Origin: Chthonomonadales bacterium
GTDB taxonomy: Bacteria > Armatimonadota > Chthonomonadetes > Chthonomonadales > CAJBBX01
Reading direction: 5' to 3'
Length of the DNA: 64,000 bases
Assembly (NCBI GenBank): GCA_037443035.1
Contig: JBBIPC010000006.1
Coordinates: 519-64,518 of the forward strand
Made by a program: the position numbers and the translations under genes
The notes under the pieces: generated by a model
Database searches by the model: none
Told to the model about the DNA's origin: nothing
What the model saw: only the letters and a program-made list of their open reading frames with translations
Part shown: one piece after another, positions 47,561 through 58,256 of the stretch
Numbering within the stretch: position 1 is the first letter of the stretch
Layout of the letters: each line of letters starts with the position of its first letter

Positions 47561-49071
47561 GCCGTTCCGACCTGCTAGGAAAGCTGAACATTGTCGGCAG
47601 GAAGTGGATGATGCTGATGGCCAGCGCCGTGGTGGCGTTGGGTGTGGTGTGGCTGTTGACGGCTTCCCGCTCGAGCGCCCAGGAAGGCGAGCGGCGGCCA
47701 CTTTCCAGGAACGTACAACCTGTGCCCGTGACACTGGCGCATGCGACACGAGAGCGGGTGCCGATCTGGTACGAGGCAACGGGGACGGTCCGCCCACAGT
47801 TCGAGGCAGATCTCGCCTCCAAAGTCATGGGCCGCATCGTCCGTCTGGATGTTCGCGAGGGCGACACTGTAAGAGCTGGCCAGCTAGTCGCCTGGCTCGA
47901 CTCACGGGATTTGAACGCCGCGGTGGCGCAAGCCGGCGCTGGTGCTCGCGCCGCACGTGTAGGAGCGGATACCGCCGTGGTGGCGGCCAAGATGGAGCGC
48001 GCTTCCAGCGAAGCGAGGATCGCCGCCGCTAGGGCGCTGGTCCGGCAGTCCGAGGCGGCCGTTGCCGCGGCGCGTGCGCGGGTGGATATGGTGAAAACGG
48101 GGCCACGTCGCCAGGAGAGAGCGCAGGCTGCGCTTGCAGTGGCCCAGGCAAAGGCTGCCATGGAGCTGGCAGAAGCCGACTATGACCGCATGGCGTCGCT
48201 GCTGTCCGAGGGAGCTGTGTCCAAGCAACAGGCTGACGCGGCGCGCACGCAACGAGATGTGGCGCGCGCCAAGCATGCCGCAGCCGTCGAAGCGCTGAAC
48301 ATGGCCGAAGAGGGCAGTCGAGAAGAGGATATTCGCTCGGCCGAGGAAGGACTTCGGCAAGCGGAGGCGGCTCTCGATGCTGCTCGACAGGGTCTACGTC
48401 AAGCGGAAGCGGCGGCCCTCATGGCCGATGTGCGCGAGCGTGAGATACAAGGCGCAAGGGCTCAGGTGAGCCAGGCAACCGCGGCGCTGGAGTTGGCGCG
48501 TACAACGCGGGAGTACGCGGTGCTGCACGCTCCGTTCGCAGGCATTGTGGCTCGGCGCATGGCCGATCCTGGAGATATGGCGACCCCAGGCATGCCGCTC
48601 CTCTGCATCCAGGGAGGATCCCTGCGTATGGAAGCCGTTGTGCCGGAGACGGTGCTGAAGTCGGTGCGGCTGGGGCAGTACGTCGAGGTTCAGCTAGATG
48701 CCTACGGCGGACGGCTTGTGCGAGGACCTGTCGTCGAGATGTCGCCGCAAGGCGATCCTGCGTCTCATACCTTCCTAGTGCGAGTCGAGCTTCCTCGAAC
48801 TATCGGTGCTATGGCTGGTATGTTCGGGCGCGTCCGAATCGCTACGGGCGAGGAGCGGAAGCTGACGGTTCCCCTGGAGGCTGTGAGAGATCGAGACGGC
48901 ATTCGGTACGTCTACACGCTCCACGAACCCGATCAGGTACGCATGAGGCTCGTCACCGTCGGGGCAGTGTTCGGAGCACGAGTGGTGATCCTGTCCGGAC
49001 TGCGCGAAGGTGAGAGAGTAGTCGTCTCCCCGATCGTTGGTCTGTATGACGGTGCGAAAGTGAGGTTCTAG
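47557..49071 (+). CDS. efflux RND transporter periplasmic adaptor subunit
   Basis: 504 aa. The start overlaps the arsR stop as ATGA. Signal/anchor, unusually long Ala/Arg-rich coiled-coil hairpin, and beta-barrel C-terminal domains. Confidence 0.85.
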   Translation: MSRSDLLGKLNIVGRKWMMLMASAVVALGVVWLLTASRSSAQEGERRPLSRNVQPVPVTLAHATRERVPIWYEATGTVRPQFEADLASKVMGRIVRLDVREGDTVRAGQLVAWLDSRDLNAAVAQAGAGARAARVGADTAVVAAKMERASSEARIAAARALVRQSEAAVAAARARVDMVKTGPRRQERAQAALAVAQAKAAMELAEADYDRMASLLSEGAVSKQQADAARTQRDVARAKHAAAVEALNMAEEGSREEDIRSAEEGLRQAEAALDAARQGLRQAEAAALMADVREREIQGARAQVSQATAALELARTTREYAVLHAPFAGIVARRMADPGDMATPGMPLLCIQGGSLRMEAVVPETVLKSVRLGQYVEVQLDAYGGRLVRGPVVEMSPQGDPASHTFLVRVELPRTIGAMAGMFGRVRIATGEERKLTVPLEAVRDRDGIRYVYTLHEPDQVRMRLVTVGAVFGARVVILSGLREGERVVVSPIVGLYDGAKVRF

Positions 49072-49074
49072 CAG

Positions 49075-52000
49075 ATGACGGATCGTACCAAGGATAGGCG
49101 ACTCGGCATGGCGGGTCGTCTGGCCGGCGCCTTCGCCAACAGCAAGCTTACGCCACTCGTCATCGTCGCATCGCTGGCCCTAGGCGTCTTCGCTGTGTCG
49201 AAGACCCCGCGCGAGGAGGAACCGCAGATCATCGTTCCCATGGCCGATGTGATCGTGCAGATGCCGGGAGCGTCCGCACAAGAGGTGGAACGGCGCGTCA
49301 CGACACCCATGGAGAAGCTGCTCTGGGAGATTCCGGGCGTAGAGTACATCTACACGACATCCAGTCCCGGCATGGCAATGGCAGTCGTGCGGTTCTATGT
49401 GGGGCAGGCAGAAGAGGCCGCTTTCGTGCGCCTTCGGGAGAAACTCCAATCACATTACGATATCATCCCGCCCGGAGCGTCGCTGCCGATCATCAAGCCA
49501 CGCGCCATTGACGACGTACCGATCCTTGCGCTGACTCTCCATAGCAAGACCTACGGACCGTACGAGCTTCGCCAGATTGCACTTCGGCTGGAAGAGGCCA
49601 TCAAGCAAGTAGACAACGTCTCGGAAACAATGATCTTGGGGGGACTGCGGCGCGAAGTACGCGTAACGCTGGATCGAACGCGCATGGCGGGGCTCGGTGT
49701 AACACCGGATGCCGTGGCGGCTGCTCTTGGAGGCTCCAATGCGCACGACTTCTCCGGATCGTACTCGGCAGGCGACACCGAAGTGGCGATCAAGACAGGC
49801 GAGTTCCTGCGCAGTGCCAGCGATGTCGGCTCGGTGATTGTAGCTGCTGCGAACGGAAGGCCTGTCTACCTGCGCGATGTCGCAGAAGTCCAGGACGGTC
49901 CTGCGGAGGCTTCCGACTATGTCCTGTTCGGTCATGGACCGGCTCATGAGCGTGAGAAGGATGGAGCACGAGCAGATGCCAGCCCTGCCGGGGGTGGCCC
50001 AGCGCTGGAGCCGGCGGTCACGATCTCGGTTGCCAAGCGCAAGGGCAAGAACGCTATAGACATTGCGCACGCTGTGCTTCGCAAGGTGGAGAGCCTGAAA
50101 GGCCGTCTGATCCCTGCGGATGTGTCGGTAACAGTGACCCGCAACTACGGCGAGACCGCCTCGGAGAAATCGGGTGAGCTTCTCTTTCACATGATGATAG
50201 CGGTAGTGTCCGTGACGCTACTGATAGCTCTTACCCTCGGTCGCAGGGAGTCCGTCGTCGTGCTCGTCGCCATCCCTGTTACGCTCGCGCTGACGCTGCT
50301 CGTGTTCTATCTCTACGGCTACACGCTGAACCGCATCACGTTGTTCGCCTTGATCTTCTCCATCGGAATACTCGTGGATGACGCGATCGTTGTCGTAGAG
50401 AACATCGTGCGCCATTACCGTATGCGCAGTGGCGAGCCGGTGAGCCCCCTCGATGTAGCCGTCAAGGCTGTGGACGAAGTGGGCAACCCGACGATCTTGG
50501 CGACCTTCACTGTGATCGCAGCGATCCTTCCCATGGCCTTCGTCGGCGGACTGATGGGCCCCTACATGCGTCCCATACCGGTAGGTGCGTCGGCAGCGAT
50601 GATATTCTCGTTGCTGATCGCCTTCATCGTGACGCCGTGGGCGGCCATCCGGTTGCTCAAGGGTGAGCTGCGACACCGACCCGGTGCAACCGGCGACAAA
50701 GGCCACGATCACCACGGACATACCGACGATTGGACCACCCGCCTCTACCGGCGCATCATGACGCCGCTTCTGCAGAAGCCGTGGGCACGATGGGCTTTTC
50801 TCGGTTCCGTGGCGGTACTACTGGTCAGCGCCATGGCCCTGGTGATGCTGCGAGTCGTGACGGTCAAGATGCTTCCATTCGACAACAAGAACGAGTTCCA
50901 GATCATCGTGGACATGCCGACTGGCACATCGCTCGAGCAGACAGCCGCGGCAACCCGGGCATTGAGCGACTACGTCGCGACCATCCCCGAAGTCACGGAC
51001 TACCAGACATATATCGGAACAGCGAGTCCGTTCAACTTCAACGGTCTCGTGCGTCACTACTTTGCGCGTCGGCAGAGCCATCAGGCAGACATCCAGGTCA
51101 ATCTCGTCGGCAAAGGGGAGCGCAAAGCCCAGAGCCACGATATCGTGAAGCGGATTCGCCCAGACATCGCGCGAATCGCGAGAGAGCATGGCATCCGAGT
51201 CAAGATCGCGGAAGTGCCGCCGGGACCGCCGGTACTGCAGACCCTGGTTGCTGAGATCTACGGTCCTACGCCGGAAAGTCGCTACGAGGTGGCCGCACAG
51301 GTGAAGCGGATCTTCGAGACAACAGAAGGCGTAACGGACGTCGACTGGTACATGGATGATCCGCAGGCGACGAGGCAGTTTCGAGTGGACAAGGAGAAGG
51401 CCACGCTTCTCGGTGTGGACCCAGCTTCCGTGAGCCGCACGGTTTCCATGATGCTCGGAGGCGCGCCCGTTGGATTGGCACACGACGAGAGCGCGCACGA
51501 GGATGTACCTATCAAGCTGCGGCTGCCACGTGCCACGAGGAGCGGTGTCGAGGACCTGGAACAGGTTCACGTGCAGTCGCGGACCGGTAAGCTGGTGCCT
51601 CTTAAGGAATTGGTTCGAGTCGAGGATGTGGTCGCGGAGCGGTCCATCTATCACAAGAATCTCATGCCGGTCGTGTACGTGACTGGCGACGTGGTGGGAC
51701 GACAGGAGAGCCCGGTCTACGCCATTCTCGCGATGAACAAGAAGCTATCCAAGCTTCGCATGCCGGACGGGGGGCGGTTGGACATCCTGAGTACGCATCT
51801 GCCGGAGACCCAGGATCTCATGGCGATGAAATGGGATGGCGAATGGCATATTACCTACGAGGTCTTCCGGGACCTGGGCATTGCCTTCGCTGCCGTACTG
51901 GTGCTGATCTACATCCTGGTCGTGGCCTGGTTTCAGTCGTTCAAGACGCCCATCATCATCATGGCACCCATCCCACTGACGCTCATCGGGATCCTACCGG

Positions 52001-52440
52001 CGCATGCGCTGCTCGGCGCGTTCTTCACGGCGACATCCATGATCGGCTTTATCGCGGGCGCAGGCATCATCGTGCGGAATTCCATCATCCTGGTGGACTT
52101 CATCGAACTCCGGCTACGGCAGGGGATGGCGCTGGAGCAGGCCGTCATCGACGCCGGCGCCACGCGCTTCCGGCCCATGCTGCTCACGGCAGCGGCCGTC
52201 ATCGTGGGGTCTGTGGTGATACTGTTCGATCCGATTTTCCAGGGACTGGCGGTTGCCCTCATGGCAGGCGAGATAGCTTCCACATTGCTGTCGCGCCTGG
52301 CCGTGCCCATTCTGTACTTCATGATGCGTCGTCGGGAGCGTGCCTTGTTGCAGTTCGCTCCGCATGGCCGCGACGAGACCGGCAAGCCTCTGACCGCTTC
52401 GCATCATCTGCATCACGCGACACAAGGAGAAACAACATGA
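49075..52440 (+). CDS. efflux RND transporter permease (AcrB/CzcA superfamily)
   Basis: 1121 aa. Twelve-TM layout with two large periplasmic loops. Conserved [17 protein letters not shown] segment. Confidence 0.9.
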   Translation: MTDRTKDRRLGMAGRLAGAFANSKLTPLVIVASLALGVFAVSKTPREEEPQIIVPMADVIVQMPGASAQEVERRVTTPMEKLLWEIPGVEYIYTTSSPGMAMAVVRFYVGQAEEAAFVRLREKLQSHYDIIPPGASLPIIKPRAIDDVPILALTLHSKTYGPYELRQIALRLEEAIKQVDNVSETMILGGLRREVRVTLDRTRMAGLGVTPDAVAAALGGSNAHDFSGSYSAGDTEVAIKTGEFLRSASDVGSVIVAAANGRPVYLRDVAEVQDGPAEASDYVLFGHGPAHEREKDGARADASPAGGGPALEPAVTISVAKRKGKNAIDIAHAVLRKVESLKGRLIPADVSVTVTRNYGETASEKSGELLFHMMIAVVSVTLLIALTLGRRESVVVLVAIPVTLALTLLVFYLYGYTLNRITLFALIFSIGILVDDAIVVVENIVRHYRMRSGEPVSPLDVAVKAVDEVGNPTILATFTVIAAILPMAFVGGLMGPYMRPIPVGASAAMIFSLLIAFIVTPWAAIRLLKGELRHRPGATGDKGHDHHGHTDDWTTRLYRRIMTPLLQKPWARWAFLGSVAVLLVSAMALVMLRVVTVKMLPFDNKNEFQIIVDMPTGTSLEQTAAATRALSDYVATIPEVTDYQTYIGTASPFNFNGLVRHYFARRQSHQADIQVNLVGKGERKAQSHDIVKRIRPDIARIAREHGIRVKIAEVPPGPPVLQTLVAEIYGPTPESRYEVAAQVKRIFETTEGVTDVDWYMDDPQATRQFRVDKEKATLLGVDPASVSRTVSMMLGGAPVGLAHDESAHEDVPIKLRLPRATRSGVEDLEQVHVQSRTGKLVPLKELVRVEDVVAERSIYHKNLMPVVYVTGDVVGRQESPVYAILAMNKKLSKLRMPDGGRLDILSTHLPETQDLMAMKWDGEWHITYEVFRDLGIAFAAVLVLIYILVVAWFQSFKTPIIIMAPIPLTLIGILPAHALLGAFFTATSMIGFIAGAGIIVRNSIILVDFIELRLRQGMALEQAVIDAGATRFRPMLLTAAAVIVGSVVILFDPIFQGLAVALMAGEIASTLLSRLAVPILYFMMRRRERALLQFAPHGRDETGKPLTASHHLHHATQGETT

Positions 52441-52649
52441 CAGTCGAACGTTGGCTACGGCTCATAGCAGGCGTGTTCGTGCTTGGTTCCGTGGCGCTTG
52501 GCATGACCATGGACTCTCGGTGGTACTACCTAACAGCATTCGTGGGAGCAAATCTTCTGCAATCCGCGTTCACGAACTGGTGCCCGATGAAGTGGTTGCT
52601 CGAGCGGGTCGGGGTAGCCCCGTGCACTGCCGAAAGCGCATCGCGATAA
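52437..52649 (+). CDS. DUF2892 (YgaP-like) small membrane protein
   Basis: 70 aa, [22 protein letters not shown]...[17 protein letters not shown]. The ATG overlaps the RND stop as ATGA. AAGGAGA RBS at 52424-52430. Confidence 0.7.
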   Translation: MTVERWLRLIAGVFVLGSVALGMTMDSRWYYLTAFVGANLLQSAFTNWCPMKWLLERVGVAPCTAESASR

Positions 52650-52686
52650 CGGGAACCCCGGCACGGTTCTGGCGTCCTTATTTCGG

Positions 52687-53337
52687 GTGCAACGGCGGTC
52701 GAGCGTGACGAATACCCAGGGTGCAGAAGCGACACTGTCGAGCGGTAGGTCTGGCGCAAGCGACCAAGACCTTGTCGTCCGCGCACGTTCGGGGGAAGAT
52801 GCGGCGTTCGATGAACTGCTCCGTCGTCACTACGGTCGTGTCGTGAACTTCGCCTACCGGCTCCAGGGGAATATGGACGACGCCGAGGACATCGCGCAAA
52901 CAGCATTTGTCCGGATACATGCCAACCTTGGGCGTATGCGGGATGGTCAGGCTGTGCTCGCATGGCTGTATAGAACCGTTGTCAATCTGGTGCGCGATCG
53001 TGCGAAGTCGGCTCGGCGAAAGCCGCTTTCGTGGTTCACCGACCTGGTTTCTCGGAGCGATGATGACAATAGCGAAGAGTACGCGGGGCCGCCGGACGGC
53101 AGTCTAGATCCAGCACGCATGGTCGAGTCCGCGCAGCTGCACGACGCACTAGAACAGGCCATCGGTGCATTGCCTCTGGAGTTTCGCGAACCATTGGTAC
53201 TGCATCACCTGCAGCACCTGGAGGTCGACGAGATTGCAGAAGTGCTTGGCTTGCCGATAGGCACGGTGAAATCGCGGCTCGCGCGGGCGCGTGGGCGCCT
53301 CCGTAATGCGTTGGCGGGGTGGTTCGAGAACAGTTGA
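52687..53337 (+). CDS. ECF RNA polymerase sigma factor
   Basis: 216 aa. Region 2 DAEDIAQTAFVRIHANL and region 4 EVDEIAEVLGLPIGTVKSRLARAR. Confidence 0.85.
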   Translation: MQRRSSVTNTQGAEATLSSGRSGASDQDLVVRARSGEDAAFDELLRRHYGRVVNFAYRLQGNMDDAEDIAQTAFVRIHANLGRMRDGQAVLAWLYRTVVNLVRDRAKSARRKPLSWFTDLVSRSDDDNSEEYAGPPDGSLDPARMVESAQLHDALEQAIGALPLEFREPLVLHHLQHLEVDEIAEVLGLPIGTVKSRLARARGRLRNALAGWFENS

Positions 53338-53368
53338 CCGGACAGGGGCAAGTCGAGGGAGAAGAATC

Positions 53369-53827
53369 ATGAACTGCGCAGAGGTTCAAGACAGGATCGT
53401 ACACCGGCGAGAGGGTTGGCTGAGCCGAGACGAGGCCGCTTCCGTGGATTCCCATCTGGCGGAGTGCGAGAACTGCCGACGGGCTTATGAAGCCGACGGA
53501 CAACTTCGCGCTGCTCTCGAACGCTTGCCGGAGCGGGAGGTGCCAGCGCCTTCGTGGCGGCAGGTCGTTGCTGCCCGTGGCCCAAGTCGTCCGTCGGCGC
53601 CGAGATGGCTGCTCATACCTGCTCTCGGCGCTGCCGCAGCCTCAGCCGCTCTTCTCTGGATCACCATGTTCGTGCCACGCGCGACCGCACCGTCGGGGGT
53701 GAATGTGGCTGCGGACTCCCTGTCCGATGCTGCCCGACAGACACACATGCTTCTTGCCGCCTCGGACCTGGGCAGCGATCCTAACCGGGCGATCGTCGCA
53801 TGGCGATCTACTGGAGGTGAGCACTAG
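53369..53827 (+). CDS. anti-sigma factor (zf-HC2 type), membrane anchored
   Basis: Lies within ORF 53291-53827. The ATG at 53369 follows GAGGGAGAAG. Motif HLAECENCRRAYE and TM segment WLLIPALGAAAASAALLWITMFV. Confidence 0.7.
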   Translation: MNCAEVQDRIVHRREGWLSRDEAASVDSHLAECENCRRAYEADGQLRAALERLPEREVPAPSWRQVVAARGPSRPSAPRWLLIPALGAAAASAALLWITMFVPRATAPSGVNVAADSLSDAARQTHMLLAASDLGSDPNRAIVAWRSTGGEH

Positions 53828-53830
53828 GTT

Positions 53831-54916
53831 ATGGGGCTGCTGGGGTTCGCACGGATGCTGATGCTAGCAGGCCGCCGACTTAGCGTTCTGGGCTTGCTTG
53901 CCGGCACGCTTTGCCTCCCGGCTTATGCCGCGCCGGCCGACCTGCTGGCGCGTGCCCTCAAGGGACCGACGAAGCCATACGAGGGCGTGCAAGAGACCAC
54001 CGTGTATATCACCACCGGCGCCAGCGTATCGAGAGTACGTGTCCGCGGAGATGGACGCGGCGCGGTTCGGCGCGAGTTCGAGACTGGACCGGCGGCTGGG
54101 GTCGTTGTCATTCAGAAGGGCGCCAGAACTTGGCAGAAACAAGGAGACGGCTCCTATTTGCAGCTTCCAGTGACGGGAAGCGATCCAACAGATATGGCGC
54201 GAAGAGTGGCGGCCAACTACAGAGTTACAGTGCGCACGGGTCTAAGGTTCCTCGGACGCAGAGCGAGCGAGATACACGTTGCGGCGCGCCATCCATTCAA
54301 CCCGTCGCGAAAGCTCGTCATCGATGACTCCACTGGGCTGGTTCTGGAGGATGTCCTGTTCGCCCCGGACGGCCAGAAGCGATCTCACACTGCCTTCGTC
54401 AGCCTCACCTACCGGCCGCAGCCGCCGTCCGTTTTCGATGTGCCGCGAGCGACGGTTGGCAGCTCCTCGACGTATGGCCCTGGCTCCTTCGTAGCACGCG
54501 ACTCCGAACAGCAGGTCGTGTCGGAGACTGGTCGGCCCGTTCCAGTACCGAGGTATGTGCCGCCAGGCTATCTTCCATGCATCTATGGAGTCATGACAAC
54601 CGGGCGTGGGATCAAGACGCCAGCGGTGCGGTATAGCGACGGCCTGGCTGCCATCACCATCTTCGTCCGAGCAGGCGGAGTGGGTATGGGCGGCGGGCCA
54701 GGCATGGGGGGCGGCTGGCGCAGGGGCGCCGGTGGTCAGGGACCGCGCCGCCGCGGACCGGGTCCCTGGGGCCCTCCTGGCAGACCCGGTAATCTGACAG
54801 CAGAATCGGACAGGCAGCGGTCCGTCGTTCTATACACGAGCACGACGGCGTCCTATATTCTCATTGGTGACATTTCTGCAGATGAGCTCACGCGTGTGGC
54901 CCGCAGCCTTCCCTGA
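53831..54916 (+). CDS. secreted MucB/RseB-like (LolA-fold) protein with Gly-rich insertion
   Basis: 361 aa with a signal peptide. The N-terminal pattern (LLARALKGPTKPYEGVQETTVYI...VRVRGDG) resembles RseB/LolA-like domains. Low-complexity GGVGMGGGPGMGGGWRRGAGGQGPRRRGPGPWGPPGRPG lies near the C-terminus. Confidence 0.5.
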   Translation: MGLLGFARMLMLAGRRLSVLGLLAGTLCLPAYAAPADLLARALKGPTKPYEGVQETTVYITTGASVSRVRVRGDGRGAVRREFETGPAAGVVVIQKGARTWQKQGDGSYLQLPVTGSDPTDMARRVAANYRVTVRTGLRFLGRRASEIHVAARHPFNPSRKLVIDDSTGLVLEDVLFAPDGQKRSHTAFVSLTYRPQPPSVFDVPRATVGSSSTYGPGSFVARDSEQQVVSETGRPVPVPRYVPPGYLPCIYGVMTTGRGIKTPAVRYSDGLAAITIFVRAGGVGMGGGPGMGGGWRRGAGGQGPRRRGPGPWGPPGRPGNLTAESDRQRSVVLYTSTTASYILIGDISADELTRVARSLP

Positions 54917-55022
54917 TGTCATGGCCGACAGTGACGCGAAAACCTCGGGAACCCACTCTGCCCCGCGTCGTCCTTAGCCCAGAACGAAGACAGGTCCGGA
55001 AGGGCCGAGGAGGTACGGGAAA

Positions 55023-55586
55023 ATGACAAAGAAAATGACCGCTGGGGCGCTGGCGGCAACCCTCGTGGCAGCCACGATGGTGCCAACCCTCGCTCAGGGA
55101 CGCGGCAGGGGTTTCGGTGGGGGAGCAGGATGGCGCGGCAACGGTGTATGCATGGGAGCTGGTCTGGGCCGAGGTGCTGGTCGTGGTCCTGGTGGCTGGT
55201 GGACTCGGGTGAACCCTGCGACACCTGAGCAGCAGGCGTTCGTACAACAGGTGACCGACCTGCACAACAGGATCCGAGCGCTCAATCTGGAGATTGCAGG
55301 CATGCGGGCGGCGAATGCACCGGCCGATCAGATCGCGAAGAAGGAGCAGGACGTAACGGCGCTGCGGTCGGAGCTGGCGCGTGTAACGACCGCCAACGAG
55401 AAACTCCTCCGCGAGATGGGTATTCCAGCTCCCTATGGTGTCTGCAATGGACAGGGACCGATCGGTAGATACGGAGGCGGCGCAGCCAGGGTTGGCGGCG
55501 GGCAGCGTTGGAATGGGATGGTCGGCGCTGGCCTAGGACCTCGCAACGGAACGGGACCCAACCCCTACTGTCCTTTGAAGAAGTAG
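55023..55586 (+). CDS. secreted Gly/Arg-rich periplasmic protein, ZraP/Spy-like
   Basis: 187 aa with a signal peptide. Gly-rich ends flank a helical core (TPEQQAFVQQVTDLHNRIRALNLEIAGMRA...). Confidence 0.5.
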   Translation: MTKKMTAGALAATLVAATMVPTLAQGRGRGFGGGAGWRGNGVCMGAGLGRGAGRGPGGWWTRVNPATPEQQAFVQQVTDLHNRIRALNLEIAGMRAANAPADQIAKKEQDVTALRSELARVTTANEKLLREMGIPAPYGVCNGQGPIGRYGGGAARVGGGQRWNGMVGAGLGPRNGTGPNPYCPLKK

Positions 55587-55617
55587 ACCGGTACGAGGCG
55601 TTCTCCCTCCGGGAACG

Positions 55618-55648
55618 AGCAGGGCGCGGCAGACAGTCGCGCCCTGCT
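55618..55648. terminator. terminator hairpin between convergent genes
   Basis: 11-bp stem: AGCAGGGCGCG (55618-55628) with CGCGCCCTGCT (55638-55648). Followed by TTCG. Confidence 0.65.
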
Positions 55649-55658
55649 TTCGTGTGAC

Positions 55659-57068
55659 CTAGGCGGCACTCATGGCACGGTCCACCGCCGAACTCAACGC
55701 CTCTAGCCCGTCCTCGATGGCGGCCTGGGAGATACATAGGGGCGGGGCGATCTTGACGCATGCACCGCCCACGCCAACCGGCGCAAAAAGCATTAGACCA
55801 CAACGGTAGCACTCTTCCACGATGCGTTGGGCGAGCTCCGCATCCGGGTCCGTAGTGTCAGCGTGCACGATCTGCAGCCCCGCGACGAGCCCTTTGCCCT
55901 TCACACAACCGATGCGTTCCGGGCGCCGTCGCTGGATCTCGAGCAGTCCCGACAGGAGCGGCTCTCCCATGCGACGCGCGTTTTCCACAAGGTTCTCCTG
56001 CAGGATGGTCTCGATGCTCGCCAGGGCTGCACGGCAGCAGACAGGATTTCCCGAGTGTGTGCTGGTCATTGTGCCAGGATCGTAGAGGTCCATGACTTCA
56101 TCGCGTCCGAGAACGGCTGAGATTGGGAGGGAGCTCGAGATGCCCTTGCCGCATGCGATGAGATCCGGGACGATGTTGTAGTGTTCGAAGCCCCAGAAGG
56201 TGCCGCACCGCCCGAATCCGGCCTGGACCTCATCCAGTGCAAGGAGGATGTGGTTATCCGTGCACCACCTCCGCAGCTGCTGGGCGTATTCCACCGGCAT
56301 GAAGTCCGGCCCTGCTCCCTGGTAGGTCTCCACCATCACACCAGCAACAGTGTCGGGTGAAATGTGCAAGTCGTCCAGCGCCCGGAGGAATCCCTGGAAA
56401 GTCGTGTCGCGATTGCGGTATCCGTCCGGAAACGGCAGGCGATAGATCGCAGGATCGAGGTTGGCAATCCACCGATGACCATCCCCGAGAGGACCCATCT
56501 GCTGGGCGCCCATGGTGCGTCCGTGGAAGCCCTGCTGGAACCCTATGACCCCGATCTTGTGCGCGCCTCCGGTCCTCAGTCCCCAAGTGCGCATGAGCTT
56601 CAGGCAGCATTCTGTCGCCTCGGAGCCTGTCGTCAGGAGGAAGCACTTGCCGATGCCCTCAGGAGCCAACTCCACCAAACGCTGCGCCAGCAACGCCCGT
56701 TCCTCGCTCGGGAAGCAGTAGTTGTGCAGCAGACCCCGGTCGCATTGAGCGCGAATTGCCTGCACTACCGCTGGGGCGCTGTGGCCTGCATTCGTGACGA
56801 GGACGCCAGACGACCAGTCGAGCCACATATTGCCGTAGGGATCGTAGACGTTGACACCTTCTGCTCGATGCCACACAATCGGTGGCTGGCCAGACATCGA
56901 GCGAGGCTCGTAGCAGCGGAGACGCCTGAGCAGATCCACAGAATCCGGGTGAGGGAGGGGAGTGCAGATATGTCGGAAGGGCGTATGAACTTCCGGGACT
57001 GCGGTTGGCTCGAGGGCGAAGGCTCTACCCATTGCGCTAGCTCCTGATGCGTAGGCGATGAAACTCAA
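55659..57068 (-). CDS. class III (aspartate aminotransferase fold type I) aminotransferase
   Basis: 469 aa. Motifs GFHGRTMGAQ, DEVQAGFGRCG and TSTHSGNP. The TTG start overlaps the upstream stop; the alternative ATG is at 57032. Confidence 0.85.
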   Translation of the reverse strand: MSFIAYASGASAMGRAFALEPTAVPEVHTPFRHICTPLPHPDSVDLLRRLRCYEPRSMSGQPPIVWHRAEGVNVYDPYGNMWLDWSSGVLVTNAGHSAPAVVQAIRAQCDRGLLHNYCFPSEERALLAQRLVELAPEGIGKCFLLTTGSEATECCLKLMRTWGLRTGGAHKIGVIGFQQGFHGRTMGAQQMGPLGDGHRWIANLDPAIYRLPFPDGYRNRDTTFQGFLRALDDLHISPDTVAGVMVETYQGAGPDFMPVEYAQQLRRWCTDNHILLALDEVQAGFGRCGTFWGFEHYNIVPDLIACGKGISSSLPISAVLGRDEVMDLYDPGTMTSTHSGNPVCCRAALASIETILQENLVENARRMGEPLLSGLLEIQRRRPERIGCVKGKGLVAGLQIVHADTTDPDAELAQRIVEECYRCGLMLFAPVGVGGACVKIAPPLCISQAAIEDGLEALSSAVDRAMSAA

Positions 57069-58243
57069 CCGCGCCTGTACAGTACCTCTCCACTGGTGAT
57101 CGTCGCGAGGACGGTCAGTTTCGTGGGGTCCCGTCCGTTGGTGTCGGTCATGAACAGTGTCAGATCGGCATCCGCCCCCACGGCTATTCGGCCCTTATCG
57201 GGCAGCCTCAGCAGCCGAGCCGGGATGGTCGTGACACATCCGACTGCATCGGCGAGCGCCAGTCCGCACCACTGGCAGGCGTTGGGAATGCATGTGTCGA
57301 GCAGAAAACCGGCACCTGCTAGGTAGGGAGTTCCGGATAGGGCGACGCTGCCGTCACTTCGGACCGCGAATCGCCCGTCACCGTACACGCCAGGTGGCAT
57401 ACCGGCTAGCCCGACCGCATCGCTAATGAGGATCGTCCGTTGGGGACCCTTGGCACGGACGAAGACACGAGCTGCGGCGGGCTCGAGATGGTGACCGTCT
57501 ACGATGAACGACGCTGTAAGCCTGTCGCATGCCAGTTGTTCCCAAAGGTAACTGTCATGGCGCGGTATGAGCGCATGGCAGCCGTTTCCCAGATGTGTGG
57601 AGAGTGTGGCGCCAGCCGTGATGGCGTCACGAATGACGGCGGCCGGCGCTCCGGTGTGTCCGATGGCAGCCACGATGCCATGCTCGACAAGCATCTCGAT
57701 GAGCTGCAGCGCTCCCGGGCGTTCAGGCGCTAGGGTGCACATGCGGATGTGGCCTGCTGCCGCGTCCTGTAGACGCTGGAAAGCGCGCGGATCTGGCTCG
57801 CGGACGTGCTCCAGAGGATGTGCACCCCGTGGTCCGTCCTCCGGCGAGATAAATGGCCCTTCCAGGTGGATGCCTGTAACACCCTTCCGGAAGGTACGGC
57901 TCCGTTCCATGGCTCGAGCGATGCGCCGCAAGTTGCGGGCCATGATATCCAGATCGGCCGTGATCACCGTTGGGCAGAACAAGGCTGTGCCGTGCGCGGC
58001 GAGGGCGTCCTGTAGCTGGAGCAGGTCGTCGGTTGTGGTGGGAGGCAGTCCCCATGCGCCATCGTTGAAGTCATGTCCGCCGTAGCCGTTCACCTGGATA
58101 TCGTGAAAGCCGGGCGCGAGCCATACATCCGCTCCTCCGATGGCATTGGCCACGACACCGTCGGTAAGCTCGATGATGCGCCCATCACGGACGTGTACCG
58201 TCCGTACGACGCCGTCGGAGATGTCTCGGCCGCAGACCAGCAT
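57065..58243 (-). CDS. N-acetylglucosamine-6-phosphate deacetylase-like amidohydrolase
   Basis: 392 aa. PGFHDIQVNGYGGHDFN parallels the E. coli NagA N-terminal motif. Confidence 0.75.
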   Translation of the reverse strand: MLVCGRDISDGVVRTVHVRDGRIIELTDGVVANAIGGADVWLAPGFHDIQVNGYGGHDFNDGAWGLPPTTTDDLLQLQDALAAHGTALFCPTVITADLDIMARNLRRIARAMERSRTFRKGVTGIHLEGPFISPEDGPRGAHPLEHVREPDPRAFQRLQDAAAGHIRMCTLAPERPGALQLIEMLVEHGIVAAIGHTGAPAAVIRDAITAGATLSTHLGNGCHALIPRHDSYLWEQLACDRLTASFIVDGHHLEPAAARVFVRAKGPQRTILISDAVGLAGMPPGVYGDGRFAVRSDGSVALSGTPYLAGAGFLLDTCIPNACQWCGLALADAVGCVTTIPARLLRLPDKGRIAVGADADLTLFMTDTNGRDPTKLTVLATITSGEVLYRRG

Positions 58244-58256
58244 GGACTACTGTCCT

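Noticed and set aside
51831-52649. 272-aa plus-strand ORF
   Set aside because: Its first 200 or so codons are an alternative frame inside the RND permease gene. Only the last 70 codons (from the ATG at 52437, with its own RBS) form the DUF2892 gene.
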